Part shown: piece after piece, positions 23,765 through 25,598 of the stretch
Layout: the number at the start of each line of letters is the position of its first letter
Numbering within the stretch: the first letter of the stretch is position 1
Virus record (IMG/VR): IMGVR_UViG_3300020591_000005
Coordinates: 1-25,598 of that record
DNA length: 25,598 nt
From: a virus
Lineage: Duplodnaviria > Caudoviricetes
Strand: one strand, 5' to 3'
Made by a program: the position numbers and the translations under genes
The notes under the pieces: generated by a model
The model's database searches: none
Told to the model about the DNA's origin: nothing
The model's input: only the letters and a program-made list of their open reading frames with translations

Positions 23765-25598
23765 GCAAGGTGCTTCGCACAGCGGCTATGGTGGTTGGCG
23801 CGGTCGCGCTGGTTGCTACCGGCATCGGCGCTGCGGCTGGCGCCGGGATTCTCGGTGCGGGCGCGACGGGCGCGGCGGGCACGGTGGCGGGCGTATCCTT
23901 AGGCACTATTTCGGCTGTCGGCACATATGGGGCTCTTGCGGCGGGCGCTCTGTCCATGGCCGCAGGAGCCACGGCTCCCGGCTATTCGGTCGAAGGCAAT
24001 CCGACCACCTTCACGACCAATCCGCAATCCGGCCTGCCCTACGCCATTGGGCGGACCCGCATGTCCGGTCTGCGAATCTATGCCAAGACCTATGACGGGT
24101 TCAAAATCCAGTCGAAGGACGACATCCTCGCTTTCGTCGCGCTGCTGTCCATCGCCGGACCGATCCACAGCATAGAGAAGTTCACCGCCGACAATGAGGT
24201 TGTGACGTTCGACGCTAGTGGCAACGCGTCGGGCCGCTTCCACGACTATATGGGCCAGAAGCTGTCGTTGGGGCCGTCCAGCGGCTCGGCGCTGGCGCTC
24301 AGCTTCGGGGGCAAGACGTTCCCCGGCTGGACCGCAAATCACAAGCTCAGCGGCATTGCCCACGCGCAATTGGCGCATCGCTTCGATACGGACGGCGAAC
24401 TTTACGGAGCAGGCGCGCCTGAACCGGCGTGGGTCGGAAAATGGGTCAAGGCCTATGACCCCCGCAAGGACAGCACCTATCCCGGCGGTTCCGGCTCGCA
24501 TCGCGCGCTAGACGAAAGCACCTATGAATGGACGGATAATCCCGGCCTTCATGCCCTGACATGGGCGCTGGGCCGCTGGTCGAACGGCAAGCGCGTCTGT
24601 GGCATCGGCGCGCCGATATCCACCATCCGCGTGGCCGATTTCGTCGAGTGCGCCAATGTGTGCGAGGCGAACGGCTGGAAGGTTGGCGGCGTCGAGTGGA
24701 CCACGGACAGCAAGTGGGACACGCTCAAGCGGATGCTTCAGGCGGGTGGCGCGGTCCCGACGCAGACCGGCGCGATGATCGGGTGCCTCGTCTCGACCCC
24801 GCGCACGGCCATCGCGACCATCGAAAGCCGCCATCTCCATGATGGCCTGTCCATTGCTGCGTCCAAGAGCCGCCGTGATCGCTTCAACAGCGTCATCCCG
24901 CGCTATGTCGATGAGGACAGCGATTGGGCGGTGGTATCGGGCAAGGTGGTTTCGGAGCCTGCCTATGTGACGGCGGACAAGGGCCAGCGCACCAAGGAAA
25001 TCGACTTCCCGCTGGTGCAGGTCTTTTCCGGCGATGAAGCAACCCAACCAGGCCAGCTTGCCGCCTATGCCATCGTCAACAGCCGCGAGGCGGGCCCGTT
25101 CACATGGACGACCGGCCCGGAATGGATCGGCCTCAAGACCGGCGATGTGATCTATCTCAATGTGCCGGAGGAAGGGCTGAGCAATCAGCCTGTTCTCATC
25201 ACGCGCCGTTCCCCCGATCCATCGACCGGCAAGGTGTCGTTTGCTGGCGAGACGGAAACCTATTCCAAGCACGCTTATGCGCTGGGACAGAGCACGACTC
25301 CGCCGCCGCCGTTCAGCCTGTCCGCTCCGGACCTGAAACCTGCCGCGCCTGTCGCGACAGCGTGGTCCGTCTCGGGCACGACATCAGGCGAGGGGTTCCC
25401 TGCACTGATCGTCACGGGCGAAAGCGAGCTTCCTTCCGCTGACGCCATCGTCATCGACTACCGGCTGTCGGGAACGGGCGACTGGAAGAACTCGGCCATT
25501 GTCTCGGCGGTCGATCCGGTGAGCCATGTGATCGCGCCGCTGGAATCCGAGACCGCCTATGACGTGCGGATCGGCTATCGCGTCGGGACCATCGTCGG
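23761..25598 (+). CDS. Tail-tip / central fibre protein (gpJ-like), truncated by the window end
   Basis: ATG at 23761 (ATGA overlap), open to the end. G/A-rich hydrophobic N-terminus, PYAIGRT, HKLSGIA, YDPRKDST, WTDNP, ANVCE, RFNSV, and an FN3-like 'LESETAYDVRIGYR' at the end. Missing from the ORF track because it has no stop. Confidence 0.9.
   Translation, partial: MSKVLRTAAMVVGAVALVATGIGAAAGAGILGAGATGAAGTVAGVSLGTISAVGTYGALAAGALSMAAGATAPGYSVEGNPTTFTTNPQSGLPYAIGRTRMSGLRIYAKTYDGFKIQSKDDILAFVALLSIAGPIHSIEKFTADNEVVTFDASGNASGRFHDYMGQKLSLGPSSGSALALSFGGKTFPGWTANHKLSGIAHAQLAHRFDTDGELYGAGAPEPAWVGKWVKAYDPRKDSTYPGGSGSHRALDESTYEWTDNPGLHALTWALGRWSNGKRVCGIGAPISTIRVADFVECANVCEANGWKVGGVEWTTDSKWDTLKRMLQAGGAVPTQTGAMIGCLVSTPRTAIATIESRHLHDGLSIAASKSRRDRFNSVIPRYVDEDSDWAVVSGKVVSEPAYVTADKGQRTKEIDFPLVQVFSGDEATQPGQLAAYAIVNSREAGPFTWTTGPEWIGLKTGDVIYLNVPEEGLSNQPVLITRRSPDPSTGKVSFAGETETYSKHAYALGQSTTPPPPFSLSAPDLKPAAPVATAWSVSGTTSGEGFPALIVTGESELPSADAIVIDYRLSGTGDWKNSAIVSAVDPVSHVIAPLESETAYDVRIGYRVGTIV

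Larger units (their letters stand above)
171..25598 (+). mobile_element. Temperate siphovirus-type prophage (replication, packaging, head and tail modules; continues past the right edge and probably left of the IS)
   Basis: Co-oriented, tightly coupled run of phage replication genes, HNH-terS-terL, protease, capsid, portal, neck, tail tube, chaperone, tape measure and tail tip genes. Confidence 0.97.

Noticed and set aside
7720-25598. Gene transfer agent cluster
   Set aside because: Linked replication module, HNH/cos-type packaging, long tape measure, morons and different gene order indicate a real prophage.

Overview
This window is the central part of a temperate, long-tailed (siphovirus-type) prophage with an HK97-fold head, almost all on the + strand. 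The host is probably an alphaproteobacterium of the Sphingomonadaceae type (inference from GC content and recalled protein families). It starts with the 3' end of an IS481-family element (1-121) at a CCTAGG target. A replication/recombination module follows: Cas4-like PD-(D/E)XK nuclease, SF2 DEAH helicase, DUF6511-like protein and Prim-Pol/PriCT-2/P-loop primase. Next come a ~240-bp AT-rich imperfect palindrome (candidate origin), a candidate late-gene regulator with a promoter-terminator-structured leader, HNH, a probable cos region, terS and terL. The head module has the less usual order protease-capsid-small ORF-portal-collagen-like protein. Neck and tail genes follow, including a lambda-type GGGAAAG -1 frameshift chaperone, tape measure and tail-tip genes that run off the window end. 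Several accessory genes (morons) interrupt the tail operon: a secreted thermonuclease-like gene, a zinc-ribbon membrane protein, a BrnT/BrnA toxin-antitoxin pair with visible operators, a convergent pair of tiny ORFs and a 3-TM protein. No CRISPR array, tRNA, rRNA, integrase or lysis genes were seen. All family calls come from motif recognition by eye; no searches were run.
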